Shown here piece after piece: positions 51,729 through 63,355 of a stretch of 64,000 nucleotides of DNA. The DNA comes from Podarcis liolepis (lineage: Eukaryota), in assembly GCA_965112155.1 (NCBI GenBank), contig OZ218098.1, one strand, 5' to 3'. Position 1 is the first letter of the stretch, and every line of letters starts with the position of its first letter. The translations under genes were made by a program, and so were the position numbers. Below the pieces are notes generated by a model, which was not told where the DNA came from, did not search any database, and saw nothing but the letters and a program-made list of their open reading frames with translations.

Positions 51729-54009
51729 CTAGCAGGCAATCAATGCACAAAAGGCTGAGGTTTGGGTCATCTGAAACAACAGCTGAACTCTTATTTACCT
51801 AAAACCCCTTGTTATTCAAATTCAGTGTGCCAACGTAACATTACGAAAAGAGCACTCGGGCTTCATCCAATCCCCTGAACTCTTCAAACATCCAAACTAT
51901 ATAGATTGTTAAATGAAGCTACTTCTTACTTCAGTGGAGACAGTGGAACAATGTCCTTCACCATGCCCAAGAGCTAACGGCTAGTTATGGGGGCACAGGA
52001 CAGGTCATACGTAACCTGCCTTCCAGAAAAAAGGAACAGCCACGGGCTCAGCAAAAACATCTGGGGTGGGTGTGTCTGCCTCCATTGCCTCCCAGGTCTC
52101 TGCCTAATTATAGGGCCTGCCTTGCATTGCAGAAATGGCTTGAGACCTCAGGTGGTTCTTTAGTCAAATTATCTTGGGAAATAACTCTATCTAAACTCAC
52201 CTAGCCAGTTTTTTTGGCTAACCTACGCATTCAAACCAGCAAGAACATATTGCATATTCAGACTAAATAAGCAAACACACACACACACCAATCTATTTTT
52301 AAAAGCATCATAAGATGGTGCCAATCCATTCCTTTAGAACCATAATCATATAAATGATCACATTCCACTCCTTTGCTGACACCTATGGTAGCAAATTGTT
52401 AGTTATTTAATTTATTACTATTGCATTTTTATTGCCAGGGAGAGGCGATTGTGGGCCTTTTTGTCTCACATTCTAAAATAACAGAGTTAGCCTTGGTTGG
52501 GCCAGTGGGTTGGGGTGGGGGAAGGTGGAGAAGACAACCATTTACTGTGAAATGTCTTGGGCTGAACCTGAATGGAAGAAACATTTGTGCTAATAATCTA
52601 CCACACAAAAGTATCAGCCCTATATTAAAAAGAAGCACTATTCTTTTCTCTACTCAAAAGTTTTATCTTTTGTGGATGCTTCAGATGGGATGGAAACCAG
52701 GTACGATATCACATATCTCCAGAGTCCTGCACCTTCCCTCTTGTCTTGTCTTAACCCCCCACCCACCCCGCTCTCTGAATGAAATACTTCAGCGTTGTTT
52801 TTAACCACAGTCAAAGATTAACCACAATTCTTCACCATCTTGAAGCCTCAAACCTGTCCAGTTCTCTGTCCTGCTTGTTCTTAATGCTCTTTTTAGACAG
52901 AGGAAAGCCAGAAATGTGGTATGGTTAACACTGCCGGAGCAAAGCCAAGCACCAACCTAGAAGTTAAGACACAGTAGCAGAAATAGCTCTGCTTTGGATT
53001 TATTGAGACTTTAGAAATCCACCTTTTGAATGGAACTAGGTTCACCCTGACGTTCATCATAGTTGGTGCTCAGTAGGAATGAGGAGTTACCATATCATCA
53101 CCCTCAAAACCCAAGGGTAAAAGGATGTCAATGGATCCTAAACTCCAGTGTTTTCGACTTTGTTTTGAGCAGATGATGAGCAGGCAGCACAGGACGCCTT
53201 GTCCATGATCACTTGAGAGAGTACTGAGAGCACAACTGGGTCACTCTACTTTTTGGCTACGTGATCTATTATGAATGGCGATCTCAACCTTCTGTAGCCA
53301 GCAATGAGAGCAGATTACATAGATAATTCACTGCACAGCTTATTCAAACGAATATAAGGGAGGCTACGAGAGGGAGACTGATAGAATTTCATCACCATCC
53401 AGTGCTACATTCCAGCCCTAAGACTTATTACAGGAGTGATGATGGAACTAGTCATGTGTTTCCTGCTCAGTTTACTAATTTAAAGAATCATGGTCCAAGT
53501 GTCTGAGCTTGCTTTTCAAGAAAGAGCCAATCCCAAGTTCAGAGAGTAAGGTATCTCCCCACCCCTGTTAGGTCAAGATAACACCTGTAACCCCTTAGTT
53601 CCATGTGTAAGATTTTCTTTCTCATCATGAAAGGATTATTTATTAAATTTATGCCTTGCCTTTCCATACAAAATACTCAAGGAAGCCAACAATAAAATAA
53701 ATAAGAATAAGTCGCAACTATCACCCCCGGGTACCCAGATAAAGAAGTATAGAGAATGGAAATAGCAGTTTATCAATTACTAGAATGAGAGCACATGTTG
53801 AGCTCAATGCTCACTGCCAACCTCAACCTGAGTAGATTAAGGGAAAAGTAACCAGAATAAGTCATTGACGCTGCAAGGTGTAAATTACTATGATCATAAA
53901 TTCAATTATCATGCTGAATTTCAGATAGTACAGGGACTGTTTGCTTCCCAAAGCAAGCTATTCTTAACCAAGAAACTGGTAAAAAAGAAGAAGTTAAGAT
54001 TATACTAAC

Positions 54010-54189
54010 CTCTCGTACATCAATTAAATGATCTGGCTGCAAAATGGGAATTCTCCTCCCAGCTGGCAGCTTGTGATGCCCAACATTAAAAAAGGAAGCT
54101 GCATTTTGGCTGGGTCTTCTTTGCACACCAGGGGAGCCACTTCCTTGAGATGCAAGAGAGAAGCTGCGAGATTTCAGAGGAGGATTGTT
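54010..54189 (-). CDS. OSBPL11: OSBPL11 exon 5
   Basis: NNPPLKSRSFSLASQGSGSPGVQRRPSQNAASFFNVGH...DHLIDVRE; cag/gttagt. Confidence 0.93.
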
Positions 54190-55031
54190 CTGGTGAACAA
54201 ACATACATATTAGGAAATACTTGAAAACTAATCTTTAAGTCTCCACCTTTTTTTACTTATATACATATTAAGTACATAGATATACTATCAGAATATGCAC
54301 CCAATAATTTTGAAAACCCTGAGGACTGGCTAAATCATCAACATATATTCAGGCCTTGACCAATACTAAATACTCATCAGCACCCATGGGGCTGCTGCTC
54401 CATCTCCCCCACCATGCTGCAGTGTATAAAAGAGAATAGACACCTTCTCTGTTGTGCTGTACGCACTGTACACCTAATTTACATCTACAAGAAAAAACAG
54501 ATCCACAGTCTAATCCCATGGATGCTTCCTCAGAAGTCAATCGCACTGGGTTCAACAACGATTACTCCTAAGTGAAAGGGCTGCAGTTTCAGTTTTAAGG
54601 ACTGCATTGCCATTACAATTTAAGGAAACAGACTTCAGATTTCCCAAGTGCAGAAGAGACAGTGGTCCATGGAAAAAGCCAAACCTAGTTGGAAAGTTGT
54701 AGAATTTCCTTCTCTGGGTGTTTAGCTAACTACCTGTCAGATTATTTTGTTTTACTGAACAGTGCCATTAGAAGCTACGGAGAAGTCACTTCAGTGGCAA
54801 TCAGAGGAGGTCCCCGCTATTCAACTATTTCAACAAATACACGCTTAAGTTTGCAGCGTCACATTTCAAATAAAACGACATTAAAACCTAATTCGTCTTG
54901 GCATTGCTGTCACCTTTCTATGGTAGGCTCACGCTTCTTCAGCAATTGTAATTATGACCCTTTAAGCTACATAATTGATGGGCAGTTTAAATAACTGCTG
55001 CATAACTTAAAGTATATGTTACAGACAGTAC

Positions 55032-55111
55032 CTTTCCAATTGCTTCAGTGTGGTGCTGTGTGCATATCTGAAGCCTGCTGACCCAATGCTGCCGTTCTTT
55101 GGCATCAGTAG
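55032..55111 (-). CDS. OSBPL11: OSBPL11 exon 4
   Basis: ATDAKERQHWVSRLQICTQHHTEAIGK; poly-T + cag acceptor, gtactg donor. Confidence 0.94.
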
Positions 55112-56509
55112 CTGGATTAAAAAAAAAAAAAAATCAGAAGGAAAAGGAAGTTCAGAGGCAGACAAGGCAAGAATGCAATTATTTATTTCAAGTTAAGTTT
55201 TGTTTAGGGAACATCCCAGCAATGCAGAAGGAAGGAGAGGGTGTGCAAAATGTGGCATAGATACAACCTGTGGCACCTCTTGCTTTGGGTTACTGGGTCT
55301 TATCCTGAGGCATATCATAACTCTAACCTCCCACTGCAATGGTTCTGTGGTCGATGTAGTATTGGTTGTCCACAGTACGCTTTTAGGTGATGCCAGGGCC
55401 ACAGTAAAAATAGAGGAAAATGTTTTCTACAGCAAACAATGACAAATGTTGAACTAAAACTACTCTTCCTGCACTCTGAGGAAGCTATACTGAAAAAGGC
55501 GGGTGCACATGTCAAAAAGGAGCGCTAAGCCCTGGTGGGCTGCCCCTTATCCCCTTGTTACTGACGGACAGTCAGCCAATCAGGATTTTTCTTCTTCACT
55601 TCTCACTTCCCTCTGTGATCCCTGGCCTCTTGTTGTGGCCCCCCATTTATGCATTTTTCACCTGGGCCCCCCTTAGAATATCCTGGTGGGCCCCGGTTGG
55701 GAAACACTGTTCTAACACACCCACACCTTTTCACAATCCACTGATTGGGCTGGGACAAATATGGGAATCAGATAAGTGCAACTGTAAGATATACTAAGTG
55801 TTGCAAGTATTCACTATGAGTCAGAAGGAACATTACAGTCTGGACTACAACAGAAAGCTCCTCTTCAATGAAATGTGGCATTTGTCTGAACGCCTGTATA
55901 AAAGGGTAAAGACCTATCAGCCCTCATTCTTCAGCAGTCACATTTTGCAGCTATGCATTTTAGTAAAAATTGACAGCACATTGATTGGTTACATCTCTTG
56001 TTTTGACTAAAAGCACCACTCTCCCCAAACGATGCATATAGAAAAAATGTGACTGTTTTATGCCAACTATCAAAGTGGAATGGTTAACATGATTTCAATT
56101 GTTTAAAATATATATTTTTAAAAAACTTGAATAAATCTCAAGAACACACGGTAATTAAAATGCAAAGTTTTGTATATACCTAGAATATGCATATAAATAT
56201 TTTACCACATGGAGACGTTATATTCACCAACATTTGTGTTATAGTCATTATTCCTAAATTAGAGGATTTCATTTATCTTTAGTATTTCTCTTGTCTACTA
56301 TGCATTTTTTATGTAAAAAGAAAGTGCTTTATACCTCTAGCAGTTTAATTTGTAAAAAAAAAAAATGTTCAAATTCAGACACAGTAATTTTTCAGAATGC
56401 ACAAAATAGCAAGCAGACATTGACTTGAAGAAGACAGCTACCCAAAGACAAGAAAAAAAGAGGAAAGGCTTCCTCCTAGTGGGGAAGTCCAAGAACTACG
56501 GAGTCTTAC

Positions 56510-56685
56510 CTCGCAGCTTATATTGTTCTCCACTAGCTGCATTCACTGTGAACGTATGAGAATCTTCATCACTAGGAGAGATCACAGCTCCAGCCAGCTG
56601 TAATGTACCCCTGGGCTTCTGGTTTCTCAGCTGTTCATTCACAAAATACTCCAGGAGACCAGCTTCATTGTTCAAGACAAAATAC
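56510..56685 (-). CDS. OSBPL11: OSBPL11 exon 3
   Basis: [58 protein letters not shown]; canonical splice sites. Confidence 0.95.
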
Positions 56686-57429
56686 CTGTAAGTTTTGAGG
56701 GAAATAAACCATGTAAGAGTAAAGCAAGACTAAAGGTTAAACAAACTACTCTTTACGCAGATGGCCATATTTAGATATTTTGGGATTACAGAAAACTGGG
56801 TTGTGTCAATAATAGAAGTGATTAGTTTTGGAATGCCCATCAACTGACTGATCAAATATTCCTTGAAGACCAGTCCGCCAGCTATAACCAGTTTCTTCCT
56901 GTTAGTTCAATAAATTGACTCCCCACTCAGTGAATAAACTGCCTCTGGATCCACAGTCATGCTAAATGTACAGGCTGAGGGACAGGATCTCAGATCCTGC
57001 AGTTCCCCAGACTGGCAAGGAAGTCCTTCTACCACGAAGTAATTGTACATGTGCGTGGACATTTTGTCCTTAGAAAAATATTATTTCTCCCCTTGGTATG
57101 TGACTCTGCGCTGCTACCGAGGCTAATGTTTTTGATGTGGGGGCGGTGAGGCTTTTCAGAGCAGAACACTGTTAGGCCTGAATGTTGGGGGATTAGGTCA
57201 CCAAAGTTCATCAGAATACTCTCTCGTCACCAGAAAACCTCTTGAACTTGGAACTGGCTTAGAGGGTCTGCATCTGGTGCTGGGCCACAAAAACAAACTA
57301 GGAATACCACTGCTGTGCCACCCCCCTTTGCTGCTCAGTAACTTCAGTGACTGAACAGGCTGAAGTGGTCTCTGGGAAGACTTTGGAAGAACAAGGACAA
57401 TTATTCTAGGCAATTTCAATTTTCATGTG

Positions 57430-58530
57430 GGGTCTACTGTCTGTCCAGCTTGGCATTTCCTAGCCTCCATGGCTATGATGGGAACGCCACAACAGACCGC
57501 ACAGAACACAGCATACCCTGAATGTGGTTTTTGCTCTGAACAATGGGAGGAGCAGTCTGAAAGGAGGGGATTCCACAATACCCCTGTGTCACGGACAGAC
57601 CACTTACTGGGAAAGTGCGGACTTCTGGTGCCAGTGTCTCCCTACAGGGATGGAGGACCAAGAGGGATAGCCTACCCTTGAGATTTATGGAATCCAAGGG
57701 ATTCCTGAATGATATCTGGGGGATTTCCCACAGGTGAACCTGTTGAAGATTTCATAACATTTAGAAAAAGTGGGGTAACACACAATTGACCGTGAGTGTC
57801 CTCTCAGGTGCTGCAGAGTCTAGGCAGCCCCATGGTACTCTAAGGAGCATAGAAGATGAAGCAGGCTGAATAATGACTAGAATGCAAATGGCACATGTCT
57901 CATCCTGAAGCTGATCAAACACTAGTTAGAGTGCACAACCATGCCGACTATGCAGTAGTGCAGATGGCAAAACTTTATCAGATGCACTGCACCTTCCAGT
58001 AAATGTCCAACTGAGTTTTCTAATGTGGCCTGAAGTTTGATCACAACTGCTGTTGTGGGTGGACCTGTAGTGTCCTTGGAAGCCCTTTGTGACCATTTTG
58101 CTTTGTACTTTTGAGGACAAACTCACTTGATGCCCGAAGGACATCTCTGTTGAGGTGTCCGTTGCCATGTCTAACCTGCTGCTGCAGCCTGGTGGCACTG
58201 ACAGGGTACACACAGCAATGCTCTCTTGACCCCTGCTCTTCTTGGCTAATAAAAACTAGGAGAAAGGGTGTGACTGGGTGGGTTCAGAATGTAGTTAACA
58301 CATTTCTGCATTGGGGAGGGTCCCTGCTGTCTTCAAGGCAGCAGAGGTGTAGCCACTCCTCAAGCAGCCTACCCTGGACCTTTGATATAGGGCAGCTTCC
58401 TTTCTAGAGGAGGAAAGTCATGGTGGAATCATGGTGGAGCAACTGCAGGCATGCCTAGAGGATACCAATTTTCTAGACCCTTCCCCGTCTAGGTTCAGGT
58501 ATGGTTATGGGATGAATCACCCTTGGGTCA
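57430..58530 (+). mobile_element. Degenerate L2 ORF2 remnant
   Basis: CSLDPCSSWLIK and FLDPSPSRFRYGYG match TCPLDPCPSWLIR and LDPFQSGFRAGHG of the young L2. Confidence 0.65.
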
Positions 58531-58542
58531 TTCAAAGGATTA

Positions 58543-58783
58543 CAGTGGTGCCCCGCAAGACGAATGCCTCGCAAAACGAAAAACTCGCTAGAGGTTTTTG
58601 GGTTTTTGCATTGCTTTGCTAGACGAATTTCCCTATGGGCTTGCTTCGCAAGACAAAAACGTCTTGCGAGTTTGTTCGCTTTTTTCTTAAAACCGCTTGA
58701 AGAGGCGCTGTTGCGACGGACCGTGCTTCGCAAGACGAAAAGACTCACGGAACAAATTAATTTCGTCTTGCGAGGCACCACTG
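58543..58783. mobile_element. Tc1/mariner-type MITE (family C) at the end of an old L2 remnant
   Basis: TA-flanked, TIR CAGTGGTGCC(C/T)CGCAAGACGAA, internal GCAAGACGAA repeats. Confidence 0.85.
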
Positions 58784-60687
58784 TACCTTTATTAAGAGCA
58801 GGACACAGAAAGTATGATCATTCTCCTTATATGGTTTTTTATAGTACTGACAATGGCATCCTCTTGGCTTACTCTGTGAAATGAGTACAGGAGGGACTGC
58901 ACTGTATTATCTCCAATACACATCTGCAGGGTCCAGAGAGCAGGTTTAAGACCCTCTGCCCAATATTTTTATTTAGCCAGAAAGGAACATTTAAGAATGC
59001 CACATGATGTTTGCCTTGCTTCCAAAAGATAGAAGTCCTTTAAACTGTCTGTGCATAGGTTGTGGAACTCCTTCCCTATTACTATTAAGCAATAACAATT
59101 GGTGCTTTGTTTCAGATTCCTGCTTAAGACTCTTCTGTTTGCACAGGCCTTTTCTGATGTATGGCTCAGTCACTGGTTATTGTGCATTGCAGCCAATATA
59201 TTTGCTAAGTACTTTATAGGGGGAGGGAAACACAGCAGCAATTTAGGGTAGAATCATCTAGATTAGGGAACAGGGCTTAGGGACTCCTCCCCAGCACTGA
59301 TGCTCTGACCAAATTCAGAGTTCTATGCCTGTGTTTAAAAAAACGGTTTGCTGCTGTTTCTTAAAAAAGATTGGTAGATCCAGTCACATATCATGCATGG
59401 CTTGGTCCTAAGGGTATACATACTTCTGTTGCTGTACTTGTAAATTATGTGTACATCATTTTTAAAACTTGCTAAGTTGTCCTAGACATCAGGGCTGGGG
59501 AAGTGGGATAATTTTTTGTGAAGGACTTTTGTGGCACTCTGATGGCTCACCCCCCCAAAGAACACTAATGATAATTATATACTACCATTTCCGTTATTAA
59601 AAGATGAAATTGTGCTACTGCTGCTTCATCACCGCCTGTTTATAGGACAATAAAAATGCAATGGTTTCCTATGGGGTTAGTTTAATCACTATGTAGTACC
59701 AATAACAAAATGTGTATTTGGGAAACCTCAGTGCAACGAAACCTAGTTGTTGACACATTGAGAGTTCAAGTTCAAACTGCACAGGCAATAAAGATGGGAG
59801 AAGCAAATTGACACAGCAGATATTTAGAGGAAATTGTGAAATGCTGTTCCCTTAGCTCAAAACACACAATGCAACACAACTAAGGCATTAGGAGAGAAAA
59901 GGAAGGTGAAGTGCTTGGTTCACTTTTTAATTCTTCCCCTTAACCAGCTCTAAAGTCCAAGTGAATTTAACAGGCTTTTAGAATATACTGATGTGATTAA
60001 CCTGAACCAAAACATAGTGGATACTTCAGAGAGCCGGGGGGGGGGGCGGGGAAAATAAGGAGGGGCATACCCAAATCTGTCAAATCTAAATAACATTGAG
60101 CTTTCGGGGTAGAAGGAAAGACTGCAGGGGTTGGGAGCAACAGCAAAATTTGAATTCCTCAAAGCCTCTTTAGATTTGTGAAAAACAAGCATTTCAAACC
60201 TTTTTCAAATGTCCCCAAATACTAGGTATGCTAAATATTCTCCAAGAAGTATCTCAGAATACCATCAGTAATATTCAACAGGGATGCAGTATTTTCTCTT
60301 GTAAACACTATGCTTTTCAAATGTACTGTACAATATAACATTTGAAAGCAAAGCATGCCTCATTATTTGCACTTTACTCCCAAATATTAACTGTGCTCTG
60401 GGTTTTTCGAATGTGTTTCATAGCAGAGTTTTCCCTCAGAAACACACAAAACCTACTAGTCGAATGAGGGCATTTACAGCTCAGGCAATCAATGCCTGGC
60501 ACAAAAATAAGAGATTACTGATGCAACACTTCTGCCTTTATCTGTAGTTTGCTTATCCTTTTCTAAAACAGAACAAAAGCAGCCCTTGACTATTTCCAGC
60601 ATTTTAAAACAAATCCCTGCCTACTGATTAAGACAACTTCATTTTATCATTAGGTAATACAGTGAATTTTTAAGAAACCGTACTTAC

Positions 60688-60756
60688 CGGTACTGCCAGC
60701 CTGTGACAAGATTTGTGTATTTCATTAAATAGCCCGATATATTTTCCATGTGGTCA
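60688..60756 (-). CDS. OSBPL11: OSBPL11 exon 2 (PH domain start)
   Basis: DHMENISGYLMKYTNLVTGWQYR; cag acceptor, gtaagt donor; 69 nt, phase 2-2. Confidence 0.93.
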
Positions 60757-61509
60757 CTGTGACAAATATAAGAACAAAGTCCATCAGAAAAAGAGTAATA
60801 ATGACAATGAAAACATTTCACGTAGAAGTTCTGCAATTTCATATTTGCAGCCTAAACCTTCTTCCAATAACTTTATTTTTAGAAGCTGACTCTAAGTCAG
60901 CATTAATGTCAAATGACTCTGAAACAGAGACTGCTGCAAGTGCTTGGTCTTCTCCTTGTCTTTGCAGTGTGGATTCAGAACTGAGACGCTTTACACCTAC
61001 TACGCAGATTAAGGGGAGCCAATTCCAGCATTACTGACACAGAAACCACTTTGAATCTGCATTAAAATTACGCGGCACCTCTCATTTATAAAGCTTCAAC
61101 ATTAAGATTAAATTACTCAACACACTTAAGGTTTCTAATTTCCCCCAAGATTACGTCTGGGCTCTTGGACAACTTTTCACTATGAAAATTGTTCTTAACT
61201 AAGGCTAAAAAGAACAGGCTTAACAGAATGGAGTTAAGCAAATCCATCACTGGGCACTAGTAATTAAGGAAAGAGTTGTGTTCATTTCCAAACACACTGT
61301 TCTTGGAACCTCTAAGTGCACATTATAAATTATAACCCTCATTGGAAAATGGAATATTTGGTGCAATTCCAAAAATCTAAAAGAAAGCTCTGAAACCCTG
61401 CCATGGTTCAGAAGATCATAGGCTTGTTTACATGTTGCACTGAACACAGATGCAAGCAATCTTTACATACATGCAAGTGTTTGTGCAAGCATGTGCACTT
61501 CCTAATTGA

Positions 61510-61859
61510 TAAAGGTAAAGGTAAAGGGACCCCTGACCATTAGGTCCAGTCGTGACCGACTCTGGGGTTACGGCGCTCATCTCGCTTTATTGGCCGAGGG
61601 AGCCGGCGTACAGCTTCTGGGTCATGTGGCCAGCATGACTAAGCTGCTTCTGGCAAACCAGAGCAGCGCACGGAAACACCATTTACCTTCCCGCCGGAGC
61701 GGTAAATATTTATCTACTTGCACTTTGAGGTGCTTTCAAATTGCTATGTTGGCAGGAGCAGGGACCGAGCAACGGGAGCTCACCCCGTAGCGAGGATTCG
61801 AACCGCCAACCTTCTGATCGGCAAGTCCTAGGCTCTGTGGTTTAACCCACAGCGCCACC
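61510..61859 (-). mobile_element. Sauria SINE
   Basis: (AAAGGT)n tail on the + strand, B-box GGTTCGAATCC on the - strand; homologous to 19821-20185. Confidence 0.88.
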
Positions 61860-61933
61860 TATACAGCTCAGCTAATCTGTATAGGCTGTACACTCATTAA
61901 ATGTTATATGTGAAGGTCTGTAGAAGTGTACAT

Positions 61934-63355
61934 CAGTGTTTCCCAACCTTTTTTGGGCAAAGGCACACTTGTTTCATGAAAAAAATCTCGAGGCACACCA
62001 CCATTACAGCCCCGTGACGTCAGCGCGCAGCGTCACGCCGGGAGGGACATGAATTGCTAGCAAATTACATAATCACCTCCTTGAGGGCTGGCTCATCTTC
62101 TCCGAAGGCAGAACCCCATTAATTAACAGCACAGACTCACACCATAGCCAAGACGAGGGGGGAAAACCTCAGTCATGCACAGTCATGCACATGTGGGGGC
62201 TAAATGAGGACGAAGACCGGGCAGAGAGCAGGGTTCAAATCACCCACCTGGCCAGGACAATCCCTGGGTGCTCCCTTGGGCCACTCGCCTGACCCACCTC
62301 GCAGGGCTGTTGTTGCGAGGATAACACGGGGAGAACCACGCGCGCCCCCGGGAGCTCCTTGGAGGAAAAAGCGGGCGATGAATGCAATGCACGAAATATA
62401 TGAGAGGCGACCAGGTTTTGCAGGTGAGGGGCCCCCGCCAGCCTCCGCTTCCAACACCCGGCGCAACGACACCGAAGTTTCCCCCCGGGCTCGGCTCGGG
62501 GAGCAGCGCTGCTCCCCCCCCCGGCTCCCCTTCGCCCTCCCGGCTCTCTCTGCCGCCCACTGGGGACCCCCCTCACCTGCCAAGTCCGGAGCGCCGGTGG
62601 AAGTTGCATGCATGCATGAAGGGCGCCGCGTTGCCATTGCATTGCACTGCACTCCATGCAACGCCTGCACGCAGGCATTGCCTTGCACGCCCGCCAAGGG
62701 GTCTCCCCGCAGTCCGATGCGTCCCCTCCGGCGCGGATGCAGCATTGCAAAAATAACCCCCCCCCGACGCAGCCCTACCTGGGGGGCAGCCTCCGCCGCT
62801 CCGCCTCCGCGGGGATCCCCGGGCTCCATCCTGCCACCCGATCTCCGCGGGGGCGCAGGCAGGCTGCGCGGGGTCTGCGCGGAAGAGCCCCTGCCCGCCC
62901 GGCCGCTGCCGCTGCGCTCATTCCATGGCCGGGAGAAGAGCGCTTCAAACGAAACGCCCGGCCCGCCAGGCCACGCTTGGAAACGTAGTTCGCGCACCCC
63001 GCGCGGGCGCGGAGCCCAAGGGCGAGGGGACTACGGATCCCGGCAGCCCCCGTGCCGGGGACGGAGGGGGAGAGGCCGGGTGCAGGGATGGAGGGACGGG
63101 TGGGCGAGCGAGTGAGTGAGTGGCAGCCGCCAAGCCTTTCCCGAGAGCCGGGAAGGGCCTCCCCGGAGGAGGAGGAGGAGGGAGGCGCAGAGCGGGAGGG
63201 AGGGAGGGAACCCCAGGGGTCATCTAGTGACGGCGCCCCAATCAAAAATTTGACTTAAAAAAAAATCTTTCGAATTTTTTAATTTTTCCCGCGGCACACC
63301 AGGCAACATCTCGCGGCACACTAGTGTGCCACGGAACAGTGGTTGGGAAACACTG
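61934..63355. mobile_element. Non-autonomous hAT (Charlie-like) element carrying about 1.2 kb of captured CpG-island cargo (Pack-hAT)
   Basis: Perfect 15-bp TIRs CAGTGTTTCCCAACC (61934-61948) and GGTTGGGAAACACTG (63341-63355); identical 8-bp TSD GTGTACAT (61926-61933, 63356-63363); subterminal GGCACAC motifs in both arms; no transposase. Confidence 0.88.
62200..63225. promoter_or_regulatory. CpG island / promoter-like segment (cargo of the hAT element)
   Basis: Very GC- and CpG-rich compared with the rest of the window; GC boxes, two ACTAC-n-TCCC-like motifs, Kozak ATG and splice donor. Confidence 0.75.

Larger units (their letters stand above)
35702..60756 (-). other. OSBPL11: Oxysterol-binding protein-related protein 11 gene (ORP11), coding exons 2-13; canonical exon 1 not in window
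   Basis: 12 phase-compatible exons encoding a PH domain (GYLMKYTNLVTGWQYRYFVL) and an OSBP-related domain with the EQVSHHPP signature; linker sequences are OSBPL11-type (NNPPLKSRSFSLAS, TTISWLEPKISL). Confidence 0.95.

Noticed and set aside
58543-58783. Regularly recurring GCAAGACGAA motifs as a CRISPR-like array
   Set aside because: Eukaryotic context; the motifs are irregularly spaced internal repeats of a TA-flanked MITE.
62200-63250. CpG island as the native OSBPL11 promoter and exon 1
   Set aside because: No MQGGE...WQYS-like exon 1 is encoded there, and the island is enclosed by hAT TIRs with a perfect TSD. The native exon 1 probably lies beyond 64000.
62200-63258. Long overlapping ORFs (303 aa +, 265 aa -, and others) as standalone genes
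   Set aside because: These are low-complexity Pro/Arg/Gly/Ala frames expected from stop-codon scarcity in GC-rich DNA; they run through a SINE and show no domain motifs.
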